Source: Deltaproteobacteria bacterium
GTDB taxonomy: Bacteria > Desulfobacterota > Desulfomonilia > UBA1062
Assembly (NCBI GenBank): GCA_029552245.1
Contig: JAKPDW010000017.1
Location: forward strand, 48,368 to 112,367
Reading direction: 5' to 3'
Length of the DNA stretch: 64,000 bases
Part shown: positions 52,565 through 61,124 of the stretch, in pieces
Position numbering within the stretch: position 1 is the stretch's first letter
Layout of the letters: the number at the start of each line of letters is the position of its first letter
Notes under the pieces: generated by a model
Told to the model about the DNA's origin: nothing
Database searches by the model: none
Seen by the model: only the letters and a program-made list of their open reading frames with translations
Made by a program: the position numbers and the translations under genes

Positions 52565-53628
52565 CGAAGAGAGAACTCACCGAGAAGCTCCTTGGGCCCA
52601 TGAAGGGCAAGCGAAAGGTGCTCATCCTCACCCACGAGAATCCGGACCCCGACAGCATAGCCGCGGCCTTCGGGCTCAAGTACCTCATCCGGAGGCTCGC
52701 GGGCATACCAAGCGTGATCGCCTACGGCGGCATCATCGGCAGGGCCGAGAACAGGGCCATGGTCAAGCACCTCGCGATCGACCTCATGCCGCTTTCCAAG
52801 GTCTCGGCCCGCAACTACTCGGTGATCGCGGCCGTGGACTGCCAGCCGCACACCGGCAACCTCATGCTTCCCAAGGGGGTGTTTCCCAACATCATCATAG
52901 ACCACCACCCCCTGCGGAAGACCTCGCTCAGGGCGGATTACCACGACATAGCCAGGGACGTGGGCAGCACCTCGACCATCATCACGCACTACCTGAGGAC
53001 GCTCGGCATAGAGCCGGACCGGAAGGTGGCGACCGCCCTGTACTATGGGATCAAGTCGGACACGAGGGACCTTGGCAGGCAGTCCACGGACAACGACATC
53101 AGGGCCTCGACCTACCTCTTCCCCCACGTGCTCCTCAAGAAGCTCTCCCGCATCGAACACCCCGACCTGCCGAGGCAATACTTCCAGGAACTCACCAACG
53201 TGCTCACCAACGCGCATGTCTACGGTGACGTCGTGGTCGCCAGGCTCGAGTTCATGAGCTGGCCCGAGATGATAGGGGAGTTCGCCGACGAGCTCGTGCA
53301 GATGGAGGGCGTGAGGTGGTGCCTGTGCTACGGCAGGCACAACGGGTACCTGCTCTTCTCCATCAGGGCGAAGCGCACCAAGGACATGGCGGGTATCCTC
53401 GCGCACAAGATCGCCGTCGGGCTGGGGACAGGAGGAGGCCACGAGACCTTCGCGGCCGGAAAGATCGACGTGGCCCAGGCGCTCAAGAAGGTGAAAGACC
53501 CCGAGGAGATCCTCGTCAAGCGCTTCCTCAAGGAGGTGAACACCAAGGGGGCCGAGCCCGTGCCCCTCGTGGACCCGTCCCAGATGACCTGCAGGGTCAG
53601 GCGGGAACCTATGGCCCCTGACACCTGA
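52561..53628 (+). CDS. DHH/DHHA1 family phosphoesterase (NrnA-like bifunctional oligoribonuclease / pAp phosphatase)
   Basis: DHH motifs (LILTHENPDPDSIAAA, IIIDHH) and a DHHA1 GGGH block (GTGGGHETFAAG). The ATG overlaps the upstream stop. Confidence 0.8.
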   Translation: MTKRELTEKLLGPMKGKRKVLILTHENPDPDSIAAAFGLKYLIRRLAGIPSVIAYGGIIGRAENRAMVKHLAIDLMPLSKVSARNYSVIAAVDCQPHTGNLMLPKGVFPNIIIDHHPLRKTSLRADYHDIARDVGSTSTIITHYLRTLGIEPDRKVATALYYGIKSDTRDLGRQSTDNDIRASTYLFPHVLLKKLSRIEHPDLPRQYFQELTNVLTNAHVYGDVVVARLEFMSWPEMIGEFADELVQMEGVRWCLCYGRHNGYLLFSIRAKRTKDMAGILAHKIAVGLGTGGGHETFAAGKIDVAQALKKVKDPEEILVKRFLKEVNTKGAEPVPLVDPSQMTCRVRREPMAPDT

Positions 53629-53742
53629 GAGACCAGCCGCCCGGCCGCGAACGAGGCGTCATCACCGCCGGGCGCCCCCCAAGGAGGTGAACACCGAAGG
53701 GGGCCGAGCCTGTGCCCCTCGTGTACCCGTCCCGGACGATCT
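53529..53742. repeat. Direct duplication: the last ~62 bp of the DHH gene (53529-53590) recur 150 bp downstream (53679-53742) at ~90% identity
   Basis: The shared unit is caaggaggtgaacacc[a/g]aagggggccgagcc[c/t]gtgcccctcgtg[g/t]acccgtccc[a/g]ga. Confidence 0.6.
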
Positions 53743-53762
53743 CGAGGGTCAAGCCGGGGCCG

Positions 53763-54758
53763 TCAGGTGCCGATACCCAGGAGATCCGCCGCCCGCCTGA
53801 CCATGACCTCGTCTTCCTCCTCGGTCACCTTGGCCAGGCCGGTCTCCCGGTCCATGCACCCCGAGCGGACGATGCCCGCAATCTCCCATGCGTAGGGGTG
53901 GAACGAGAACCGCTTTCTGTGCAGGTGGTTCGCAAGCGCGTTCAGGAGGCAGTTCGTGGAGTTCGGGTCCGTGTCCTCGGGCTTGACCCACCCGGCATCC
54001 TCGATCTTCTTGACAATGGCCTCCTCGTCGTACTCGGTGAAGGCCAGGGGGTGCACGTTCACCGGCCAGCGCGAAGCCTCGAGCCCCAGTTCGGTCTCGT
54101 CGAGGAAGTAGGGACCCAGCTCTTCCCCCACCTCCCTGACGAGCGGGTCCCTCACCGTGGCCTGGGAGATGCGCTGCAGCCTCGGGCCGGTCTGCATGAT
54201 CGCCGAGGCTATGGGCGCCTGGCCGGGGGACCAGCCGTAGGCGACGAGGGGGATGCGGTACGCAAGCGCGGTCTTGAGAACGAGGGCCTTGACCATGCCG
54301 ATGCACGTCGTGCAGATGGAACTCGCCCTGTCCAGGGTCTTGGGGCTGTAGAAGAGCTTCACGGCCGAGAGGGAGAAGGCCTTCCGCATGAGGTCGAAGG
54401 GCGGCCTGAAGACCATGCTCACAGCTCCGAGCCTGTCCGTCATGGCCCGGATGTTCTCCATCGCCTGCCTCGAGACGAACCCGTTGTCGAAGGTGAAGGC
54501 CAGCACCCTGAGCCCGTAGGTCTGCCGGAGCATCATGAGCGTGTAGGTGGAGTCCTTGCCCCCGCTGTAGGCAAGGATGCAGTCAAAGGCCGAGGTCCCC
54601 TTCCTCTCCTCGACGAGGCGTTCGAATCTCGCGAGGTGCTCGCGCTTCTCCTCGGGCGTCGGCACGGGGGTGTTCCTGCAGTAGTTGCACACGCCCGCAG
54701 GATCGAAGGAGATCCCGGGAAAGGTCTCAGGCAACACGCATCTCGAGCAATGCCTCAT
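53763..54758 (-). CDS. PP-loop ATP pyrophosphatase, N-acetyl sugar amidotransferase-like (WbuX/WbpG-like), with an N-terminal Cys4 zinc ribbon
   Basis: CSRCVLP...CNYC ribbon and a PP-loop AYSGGKDSTYTLMML. It is the last gene of a minus-strand ACP-ligase-amidotransferase operon. Confidence 0.65.
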   Translation of the reverse strand: MRHCSRCVLPETFPGISFDPAGVCNYCRNTPVPTPEEKREHLARFERLVEERKGTSAFDCILAYSGGKDSTYTLMMLRQTYGLRVLAFTFDNGFVSRQAMENIRAMTDRLGAVSMVFRPPFDLMRKAFSLSAVKLFYSPKTLDRASSICTTCIGMVKALVLKTALAYRIPLVAYGWSPGQAPIASAIMQTGPRLQRISQATVRDPLVREVGEELGPYFLDETELGLEASRWPVNVHPLAFTEYDEEAIVKKIEDAGWVKPEDTDPNSTNCLLNALANHLHRKRFSFHPYAWEIAGIVRSGCMDRETGLAKVTEEEDEVMVRRAADLLGIGT

Positions 54759-56262
54759 GTCTGAGTGCCTCCTTGTCGATCTTCCCAGAGGGTTTCTTGG
54801 GCAGGGTCTTCGCGACGGTCCAATGCCTGGGATGCTTGTGCGGCGAGAGCCTCCCGGCGACGAACGACCTCAACGCCTCGAGGTCGAAGGTCTTTTCGTC
54901 GAGGGGCACCACGAACGCCAGAGGGACCTCAAAGAGGTACTGGTCGGGCTTGCCCACGACCGCCGCCTCGTGGACCATGCCGGATTCGACGATCGCGTCC
55001 TCGATCTCCTTCGGGGATACCCGTTCACCGCCGATCTTGAGCATGTCCTTCTTCCTCCCCGTGAGGAAGAGGAATCCTTCCTCATCCCGGTACCCGAGGT
55101 CGCCGGTGACGAGGCCCCAGGGCTTGAGTGCGCGCGAGGTCTCTTCGGGGTCGTTCCAGTACCCCTGCATGATGTTGGGACCCTGTGCGCAGATGTTTCC
55201 CACCTCGAGCGGAGCGAGTTCCCTTCCCTGGTCGTCCCTCACCGTGACCTCCACGCCGGGGATGGGTATCCCGATGGATCCCAGCTTGTCCCTCCTGAGC
55301 CTGTCGGGGGGGACGTACGTGAGCCGGGCTGATGCCTCGGTCGCCCCGTACATGACGTAGAGGTCCACGCCGTCGAGGCAATCGAGCAGGCGCCTGGTCA
55401 GGGCCGGGGCCATGGCCCCGCCCGCCTGGGTGACGTAGCGGAGCGACGGAATGCGGGTCTTGGGGAAGACCGACCTGTTCATGAGGATGGCGAAGGTGGA
55501 GGGGACGCCCGCGAACCCCGTCACCGAGCGCTCGCACATCTCCCTGATCACGGCGTTGGGGAATGCGAACCTGTTGTTGATGACCACCTGTGCGCCCACG
55601 GCCATGTGCGTGTTCAGGAGCGACTTCCCGTAGACGTAGTGGAAGGGCAGGATCGCCATGACCCGGTCGTCTTCCTGGAGCCCCAGATAGGATACGATGG
55701 CAAGGGTGTTGGAACGGATGTTCCCGTGCGTGAGGACGACGCCTTTCGGTCTCCCGGTGCTCCCGGACGTGTACACGATCGACGCGATGTCGCCCGAGGA
55801 GACACGGGCCTCGAACCGCTCGTCCGCGACCGCGTCGAGGGCGGACCACGGCACGAACGTCCTCGCCCGGCTCGACCCGGGCCCGGCAGGGCTTACAAGC
55901 ACCGGGATCTCGATGCCGCCGAGCCTCGATGCCGGTGCCTCGGCGAGCACGCATGCCCGCGCCCCGGCGTTCTGGATGAAGTACGAGACCTCGCTCGGGG
56001 TCGACTTCTCGTGGATCTCCACGCTGATGAGCCCGGCTTTCAGGATCCCGTAGTACACCCCGACGCTCTCTATGGAGTTTCCCATGATCACGACCACCCG
56101 GTCCTGCCTGTCGAGCCCGGCCTGGGTGAGCAGGCGTGCGACCCTGTTCGCGAGCGAGTCGATCTCTGCGAAGGTGGCCGAGCGACCGCCCTGGAAGACC
56201 GCCGTCTTGTCCGGGTGGCGGGCTGCGGATGCGGCGAGGAGATCGTGTACGGTGCCGCTCAC
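54727..56262 (-). CDS. AMP-dependent synthetase/ligase (acyl-CoA or acyl-ACP ligase, ~510 aa class)
   Basis: AMP-binding motifs (IVYTSGSTGRPKGVVLTH, YGATEA, GDLGYRDEEGFLFLTGRKKDMLKIGGERV). The start overlaps the ACP stop by 4 nt. Confidence 0.85.
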   Translation of the reverse strand: MSGTVHDLLAASAARHPDKTAVFQGGRSATFAEIDSLANRVARLLTQAGLDRQDRVVVIMGNSIESVGVYYGILKAGLISVEIHEKSTPSEVSYFIQNAGARACVLAEAPASRLGGIEIPVLVSPAGPGSSRARTFVPWSALDAVADERFEARVSSGDIASIVYTSGSTGRPKGVVLTHGNIRSNTLAIVSYLGLQEDDRVMAILPFHYVYGKSLLNTHMAVGAQVVINNRFAFPNAVIREMCERSVTGFAGVPSTFAILMNRSVFPKTRIPSLRYVTQAGGAMAPALTRRLLDCLDGVDLYVMYGATEASARLTYVPPDRLRRDKLGSIGIPIPGVEVTVRDDQGRELAPLEVGNICAQGPNIMQGYWNDPEETSRALKPWGLVTGDLGYRDEEGFLFLTGRKKDMLKIGGERVSPKEIEDAIVESGMVHEAAVVGKPDQYLFEVPLAFVVPLDEKTFDLEALRSFVAGRLSPHKHPRHWTVAKTLPKKPSGKIDKEALRHEALLEMRVA

Positions 56263-56513
56263 GCGCCCACGCCCTTCGAGGCGAGGAATCTCAAGATGTT
56301 GGAGATGGTCTCCAGGTTTTCCGGAACGAGTTCCTCGTCCTCGATCTTGATGCCGAAGGTCGACTCGAGGTACTCCACCAGCTCGAGAACGCCCGTGGAA
56401 TCGATAATGCCGGCCTCGATCAGGGAGGTGTCCGGTTCCAAGACGGCATCGCTGCGGCCGGCTATGAAGTTCTCTCGAATGTAGGCCGTTATCTTCTCTG
56501 CGAGATCTGTCAT
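56259..56513 (-). CDS. Acyl carrier protein (phosphopantetheine attachment site)
   Basis: 84 aa with the serine motif GIIDSTGVLELVEYLE. The start was refined to the ATG at 56513; the ORF track extends to 56600. Confidence 0.8.
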   Translation of the reverse strand: MTDLAEKITAYIRENFIAGRSDAVLEPDTSLIEAGIIDSTGVLELVEYLESTFGIKIEDEELVPENLETISNILRFLASKGVGA

Positions 56514-56921
56514 CGCCACCCCTTCGATCGTTGGACGCTCGATGTTCCTATCGGATTTCACTATCGCAGTCATGAGAAATGGGCAATGGCAAAGATACAC
56601 GGGACGAACTCACCTACCGGAGAACTTCCCAGACTGGAGGGCTCTTCCTCGAGCACATCCGGCCCGTTGTCGAGAGCCCCGCCTCCCGGCAGGGAAACGT
56701 ATCTGGGATGCAACCCGAGGGAAGATGGTCTCCCGTGTGAGTCCTTCGCCCTGGAGGAGGATGTTCATGCCCTATCACCATCGGCCCCCACGATCAGCTC
56801 GAAGCAGGGGTCTGGTGATCATTGGGCGCCCGGAGCCCGTGGCCGTGACCTTGGCGGTTGTGGTGGCTCTCGAGAGGATGTAGTATGGCCGTGATCAACA
56901 GGAAAGAAGACGGGAGGCGGT

Positions 56922-57890
56922 ATGTCCTTTGGTGTCCATTCGCTCGACATCGACGTCGTTCGGGAGGCGGAGCGTATCGTGGAGTTCCTGGGCCATTGTG
57001 TCCACACGGTGTACAGGAGGTCAGGGATCGTGGTTGGGATGAGCGGCGGCATCGACTCAGCCGTCATGGCCGAGCTCTCCTGGAGGGCCATCGGAAAGGA
57101 AAACGTGCTCGGCCTTGTCCTGCCCGAGCGCGAGTCGAACCCGTCGAGCAGCGAGTATGCCGTCGCCCATGCGAAGAAGATGGGCATCGAGTACAGGGTC
57201 AAGGACATCACCAAGACCGTGGAGAGCGTCATGTCCTACGCCGAGAGGGACGCGTACGTGAAGTCGCTCGTCCCCGAGTACACGGAAGGCTCCATGTACC
57301 ACATAGCGCTGCCCACAGACCTGCTCGAGAGGGACTCGTTCAACGTCTACGTGCTCAAGGTCGAGACCCCGGACGGGACGATCCACAAGAAGAGACTGGG
57401 CACCCAGGAATTCAGGAGGGTGACCTCGTTTGCGAACATCAAGATCAGGGCGCGCATGCTGCACCTCTACCACGAGGCTGAGAGGCTCGGGTACGTGGTC
57501 GCTGGCACCACGAACAGGACCGAGTACCTGCTCGGGGACTTCTGCAAGTACGGCGACGGAGGCACCGACATCGAGGCGCTGGCTCACCTCTACAAGAACC
57601 AGGTCTACCAGCTGGGACGCCACCTGGGCGTGCCCCGGGAGATCCTGGAGAGGACGCCGAGCCCTGACACCTTCAGCCTCCCGGTGAGCGACCAGGAGTT
57701 CTTCTTCAGGATCCCGTTCGACAAGCTCGATCACCTCCTGTACGCATGGGAGCGCGGTATCGGCGTGGAGGAGACGGCCGAGGCGCTCGGCGTGGGCCTG
57801 GATGCGGTCAAGCGCGCATTCGCCGACTTCGCCTCCAAGAACAGGGCGACGGCGCACCTGCGCGTCATGCCCTACAGCCTGGAAGCCTGA
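56922..57890 (+). CDS. nadE: NH3-dependent NAD+ synthetase
   Basis: PP-loop GMSGGIDSAV, NadE block GTTNRTEYLLGDFCKYGDGGTDIEALAHLYKNQVYQLGRHLGVP, and TPSPD. Confidence 0.85.
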   Translation: MSFGVHSLDIDVVREAERIVEFLGHCVHTVYRRSGIVVGMSGGIDSAVMAELSWRAIGKENVLGLVLPERESNPSSSEYAVAHAKKMGIEYRVKDITKTVESVMSYAERDAYVKSLVPEYTEGSMYHIALPTDLLERDSFNVYVLKVETPDGTIHKKRLGTQEFRRVTSFANIKIRARMLHLYHEAERLGYVVAGTTNRTEYLLGDFCKYGDGGTDIEALAHLYKNQVYQLGRHLGVPREILERTPSPDTFSLPVSDQEFFFRIPFDKLDHLLYAWERGIGVEETAEALGVGLDAVKRAFADFASKNRATAHLRVMPYSLEA

Positions 57891-58182
57891 GCCCCACCAG
57901 AGACCCAGCACAATCGACGGTCTTCGGAGAGCCCGTGGCCGTCAGCCTTGGGCGCCAGGAAACCCCCACCCTGGATCCATGAGAGGACATCATCGATCGT
58001 GAAGGGACACCGGACGGAGAGCCCGTCTTGAACCCCCGGCACTACCGGGCAGGGGCCATACACCATCGAGGAGATTCGGGTGCCGGCGGCCTCGGGCACC
58101 CCTTTCGATGTCCTTGACGGTACCATGCCCGGCACCTTTGAGAAGGGGCGGGTTCCGGGGGCCTTAGGCCCCCTCGAGCCGG

Positions 58183-59202
58183 TCACTTCTTCGCGGACTC
58201 GACGCTCTTGGCGATGCGCAGTATCTCCATGGGGAGCGTGATCCCGAGCTTCTTCATGGTGTCGAGGTCGACCAGGATCGTGAGGTCTTCCTGCATCACG
58301 ACAGGCAGCGTCTCGGGCTTGACCCCCTGCTTCAGGATCTGCGAGGCCTGCCTGCCTGCGAGTGAGCCGATGTAGTTGAACTCGGACCCGATGTAGAGGA
58401 GCCCGCCTTCGAAGCCGACATAGCAGAAGCTGATGACGGGGATCTTCCTGGAGTCGGTGATCGAGAGCAGCTCTTTCAAGGGGCCGTAGTTCCTGAGCGC
58501 GTAATACGCGTCTATGGGGATGCCGAAGGCCTGGACGCCCTTCCCGAGGAGCTCCTCGGCCGCGGCCTTGGGGCTGTCCGACTTGCCGACCTCCTTGTTC
58601 AACACGGTGATCCCGAGGGCAGATGCCTTCTTCTTCGCCTCCTCGGTGAATGCGATGGCATTGTCGTCGTCGCTGTGGACGATCCCCATCTTCGTGAGAT
58701 TGGGAAAGGCAAGCTTGGTGATCTTGAAGGCCTTGGTCGGGTCCATGTACAGCGTGGATCCCGTGAAGCCCGGCCCGGGCTCGGTGAGCGACTTGCAGCC
58801 CACGGCCTGGGGCACCGCGACGGCGGTGAACACCACCGGGATGCCTGCAGCGATGAACTTGTCCTTGCTGTATTTGGTGGCCGGGGTGCCGATGGTGAGC
58901 ACGAGGTCCGGTTTCTTGTCCACGATCTCGGAAGCCTTGCTCTTGATCTGCATGAGGATCGAGACCTTCTTCCAGATGCTCGCGTCCGCATCCGCGTCGA
59001 TGACATGCCTGTGTATCGTGAGGTTCTTGCCCTTGACGATGGCGTTCTTGGCAAGCTCGTCGATGAAGCCCTGGTAGGCCATGTCGAACGGGTTGATCTT
59101 CGAGACCTGGAGGACCTCTATGTAGTAGGTGTCCTTCGAGAAAGCGGGAAGCCAGCTTGCGACGATGACGGTTACGACGAGGAAGACCCATGCCTTCTTC
59201 AT
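58183..59202 (-). CDS. ABC transporter substrate-binding protein, PF04392/COG2984 family, orphan (paralog 3)
   Basis: Collinear with the two + strand paralogs (YYIEVLQVSKINPF, PDLVLTIGTPATKYSKD, IPVVFTAVAVPQAVGC). The start was refined to the ATG at 59202 with a GGAGGAGG RBS. Confidence 0.8.
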   Translation of the reverse strand: MKKAWVFLVVTVIVASWLPAFSKDTYYIEVLQVSKINPFDMAYQGFIDELAKNAIVKGKNLTIHRHVIDADADASIWKKVSILMQIKSKASEIVDKKPDLVLTIGTPATKYSKDKFIAAGIPVVFTAVAVPQAVGCKSLTEPGPGFTGSTLYMDPTKAFKITKLAFPNLTKMGIVHSDDDNAIAFTEEAKKKASALGITVLNKEVGKSDSPKAAAEELLGKGVQAFGIPIDAYYALRNYGPLKELLSITDSRKIPVISFCYVGFEGGLLYIGSEFNYIGSLAGRQASQILKQGVKPETLPVVMQEDLTILVDLDTMKKLGITLPMEILRIAKSVESAKK

Positions 59203-59266
59203 GTGCAGTACCTCCTCAAATATAGAGTGAATGCTCACATGCAGGTGATGCTCCGTGCTGACCGGG

Positions 59267-59295
59267 AGCATAGGACCGTGGGCCGTGCTTGTCAA
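59267..59295 (-). promoter_or_regulatory. Sigma70-like promoter candidate for SBP paralog 3 (TTGACA-17-TATGCT on the minus strand)
   Basis: The motifs are read on the minus strand, about 60 nt upstream of the ATG at 59202. Confidence 0.4.
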
Positions 59296-59721
59296 GCATG
59301 GCTGCGGTTCGTTGACCGGACACCCCCGTGCCGTGGCGGGCATGACGGCCATGGGGGCGATCACCGTCTCCCATGACGTCGCCTTCCCTGGTGTTCTGTG
59401 CCGCCCGGTGAGCGAGGCGGCGGTCGGGGGCCATGCGCGGCATGGACCGGTACGTGGGCCTGCCGAGGAAGAGGTCTGTGTCTCAGGAGGTGCTGCCATG
59501 GCGGATCGAGGGCTCGACAAGGGGTATCCTGGGAAAGGGCAGAGCCGTTTCTTGGGGGCATCCCTGAAACCTGACGCACGGACTCGAGGCCGTGCCGCGC
59601 AAGAGGGCACCTTCCAGGCCGTCGTGGTCCTCGCCGCAGTCGCCCCGGTGCACCCCGGCCCCTTGGGTGAACCCCTTGCGATTGACGGTGAGGCCCCTGT
59701 GCATCTTCCCCGGGACCGGGT

Positions 59722-60555
59722 TCACAACAGTCCCATGCCCGCCAGCACGTCCTTGACGGGTGCGAACGCGAAGTCTTTGAGCAGGAGAGCGAACTTCGCC
59801 CTCGCTCCCGGGATGCCCGTGTATGTCCTGAAGCGCGCAAGGGGCTGCATGCCCGCCACCCTCGGGGTGTCGGGGTCGATTTCCCAGGGGTGCAGGTAGA
59901 AGATGAACGGCATGCCGCTTCGCTCGATCGACCGGAGGGCGAACCTCGTCGCCGTGTAGGGGAGCAGCCTGAAGTACCCGCCTCCGCACACGGGCAGGTT
60001 CATGCGGCAGACCCTCAGGGTGGACATGGGGAACTCCACCAGCGAGGTGCCCTCGATCCTGTGGGGGAACCTCGGCGCCTCTGGTATGCCGTAGGTGTCG
60101 TGGTAGATGGGGAAGATGCTCGAGTCGTACCTGAAACCCGCTTCCTCGAGAATGGGGATCGCCCACGACGTCTTGCGGGTGATCGAGTAGGTGGGCGCCC
60201 TGTAGCCTATCACGCGCTCGCCGATGGTGTCCTCGATGAGCGACTTCGCGGTCTTGACGTCCTGCTCGAACTCGCCAGGGCTCTGCCTGTTCACGAGGAT
60301 GTGCGAGTACCCGTGGCAGGCCACCTCGTGGCCCCTGTCGTGGATGCGCCTCACGATGCCGGCGTTCCGTCTCGCCACCCAGCCAAGGCAGAAGAAGGTG
60401 GCCTTGACGTCCTCGGAGTCGAGGATATCGAGCACCAGCGAGGTGTTCCTCTCCACCGTCGACGGGGCCGAATCCCACATCCCCATGTCCAGGACACCGG
60501 AGAGGGCGTTGATCTGGTAGTATTCCTCGACGTCTATGCTGAGCGCGTTGATCAC
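59722..60555 (-). CDS. Polysaccharide deacetylase family protein, PEP-CTERM-locus subfamily type
   Basis: N-terminal INALSIDVEEYYQ, then HGYSH and DSSIFP blocks of the NodB fold. The start was provisionally set at GTG 60555 so that the protein begins just before the conserved N-terminal block; the ORF track extends to 60684. Confidence 0.7.
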   Translation of the reverse strand: MINALSIDVEEYYQINALSGVLDMGMWDSAPSTVERNTSLVLDILDSEDVKATFFCLGWVARRNAGIVRRIHDRGHEVACHGYSHILVNRQSPGEFEQDVKTAKSLIEDTIGERVIGYRAPTYSITRKTSWAIPILEEAGFRYDSSIFPIYHDTYGIPEAPRFPHRIEGTSLVEFPMSTLRVCRMNLPVCGGGYFRLLPYTATRFALRSIERSGMPFIFYLHPWEIDPDTPRVAGMQPLARFRTYTGIPGARAKFALLLKDFAFAPVKDVLAGMGLL

Positions 60556-61014
60556 GTGGCAACTATAGAGCCTTTCGGGCCCGATGGCAACGCGTTCCCG
60601 CCCACGGGGTCGATACGGCCGGGATGCCGTGGGGCAGCGTCCCGGGTTGAAGGACCGCGTTTCCGGGTGGTCGCGGCGGCGCACGCCAGGCGGTACGCAA
60701 CGAGCAGGCCGCCGTGAGGCCGAGAGAGCGCCTTGCCGGGGGCCGAGGAACAGGCCCGTGGGAGGGCGCGGCCGACCGGCACGGGCTGGCGACGATCTCG
60801 AAACGGCAGGAAAGCATCAGGGCATTGCGGCGCCGGGATGAACGACGACCCGCAATCCGTGCCGCGAGGCTCATCGCCCGACAGGCCCCTCCACGAAACC
60901 CTGCGTCGTCTCGTTCCCTTCGAGAAGGATCCTGCATGAGCCCATAACTCGATCCGTGGACTGAACGGCCGCACGGGCCACACCGGGCGCGTGTTCCCCT
61001 TGCCCATACCATGC

Positions 61015-61043
61015 CTTGTCCGGACCGGAAGAAAGGTGTAGAT
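61015..61043 (+). promoter_or_regulatory. Promoter candidate for acyl-CoA synthetase paralog 3 (TTGTCC-17-TAGATA)
   Basis: The motifs are read about 80 nt upstream of the ATG at 61125. Confidence 0.3.
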
Positions 61044-61124
61044 AACTCTGGTTGGACCAGAGGCGCTGATTCCCGTCATCACGAGAAGAGACACACGGCA
61101 TCCAAGAACCGAAAGGAGGGAAGC

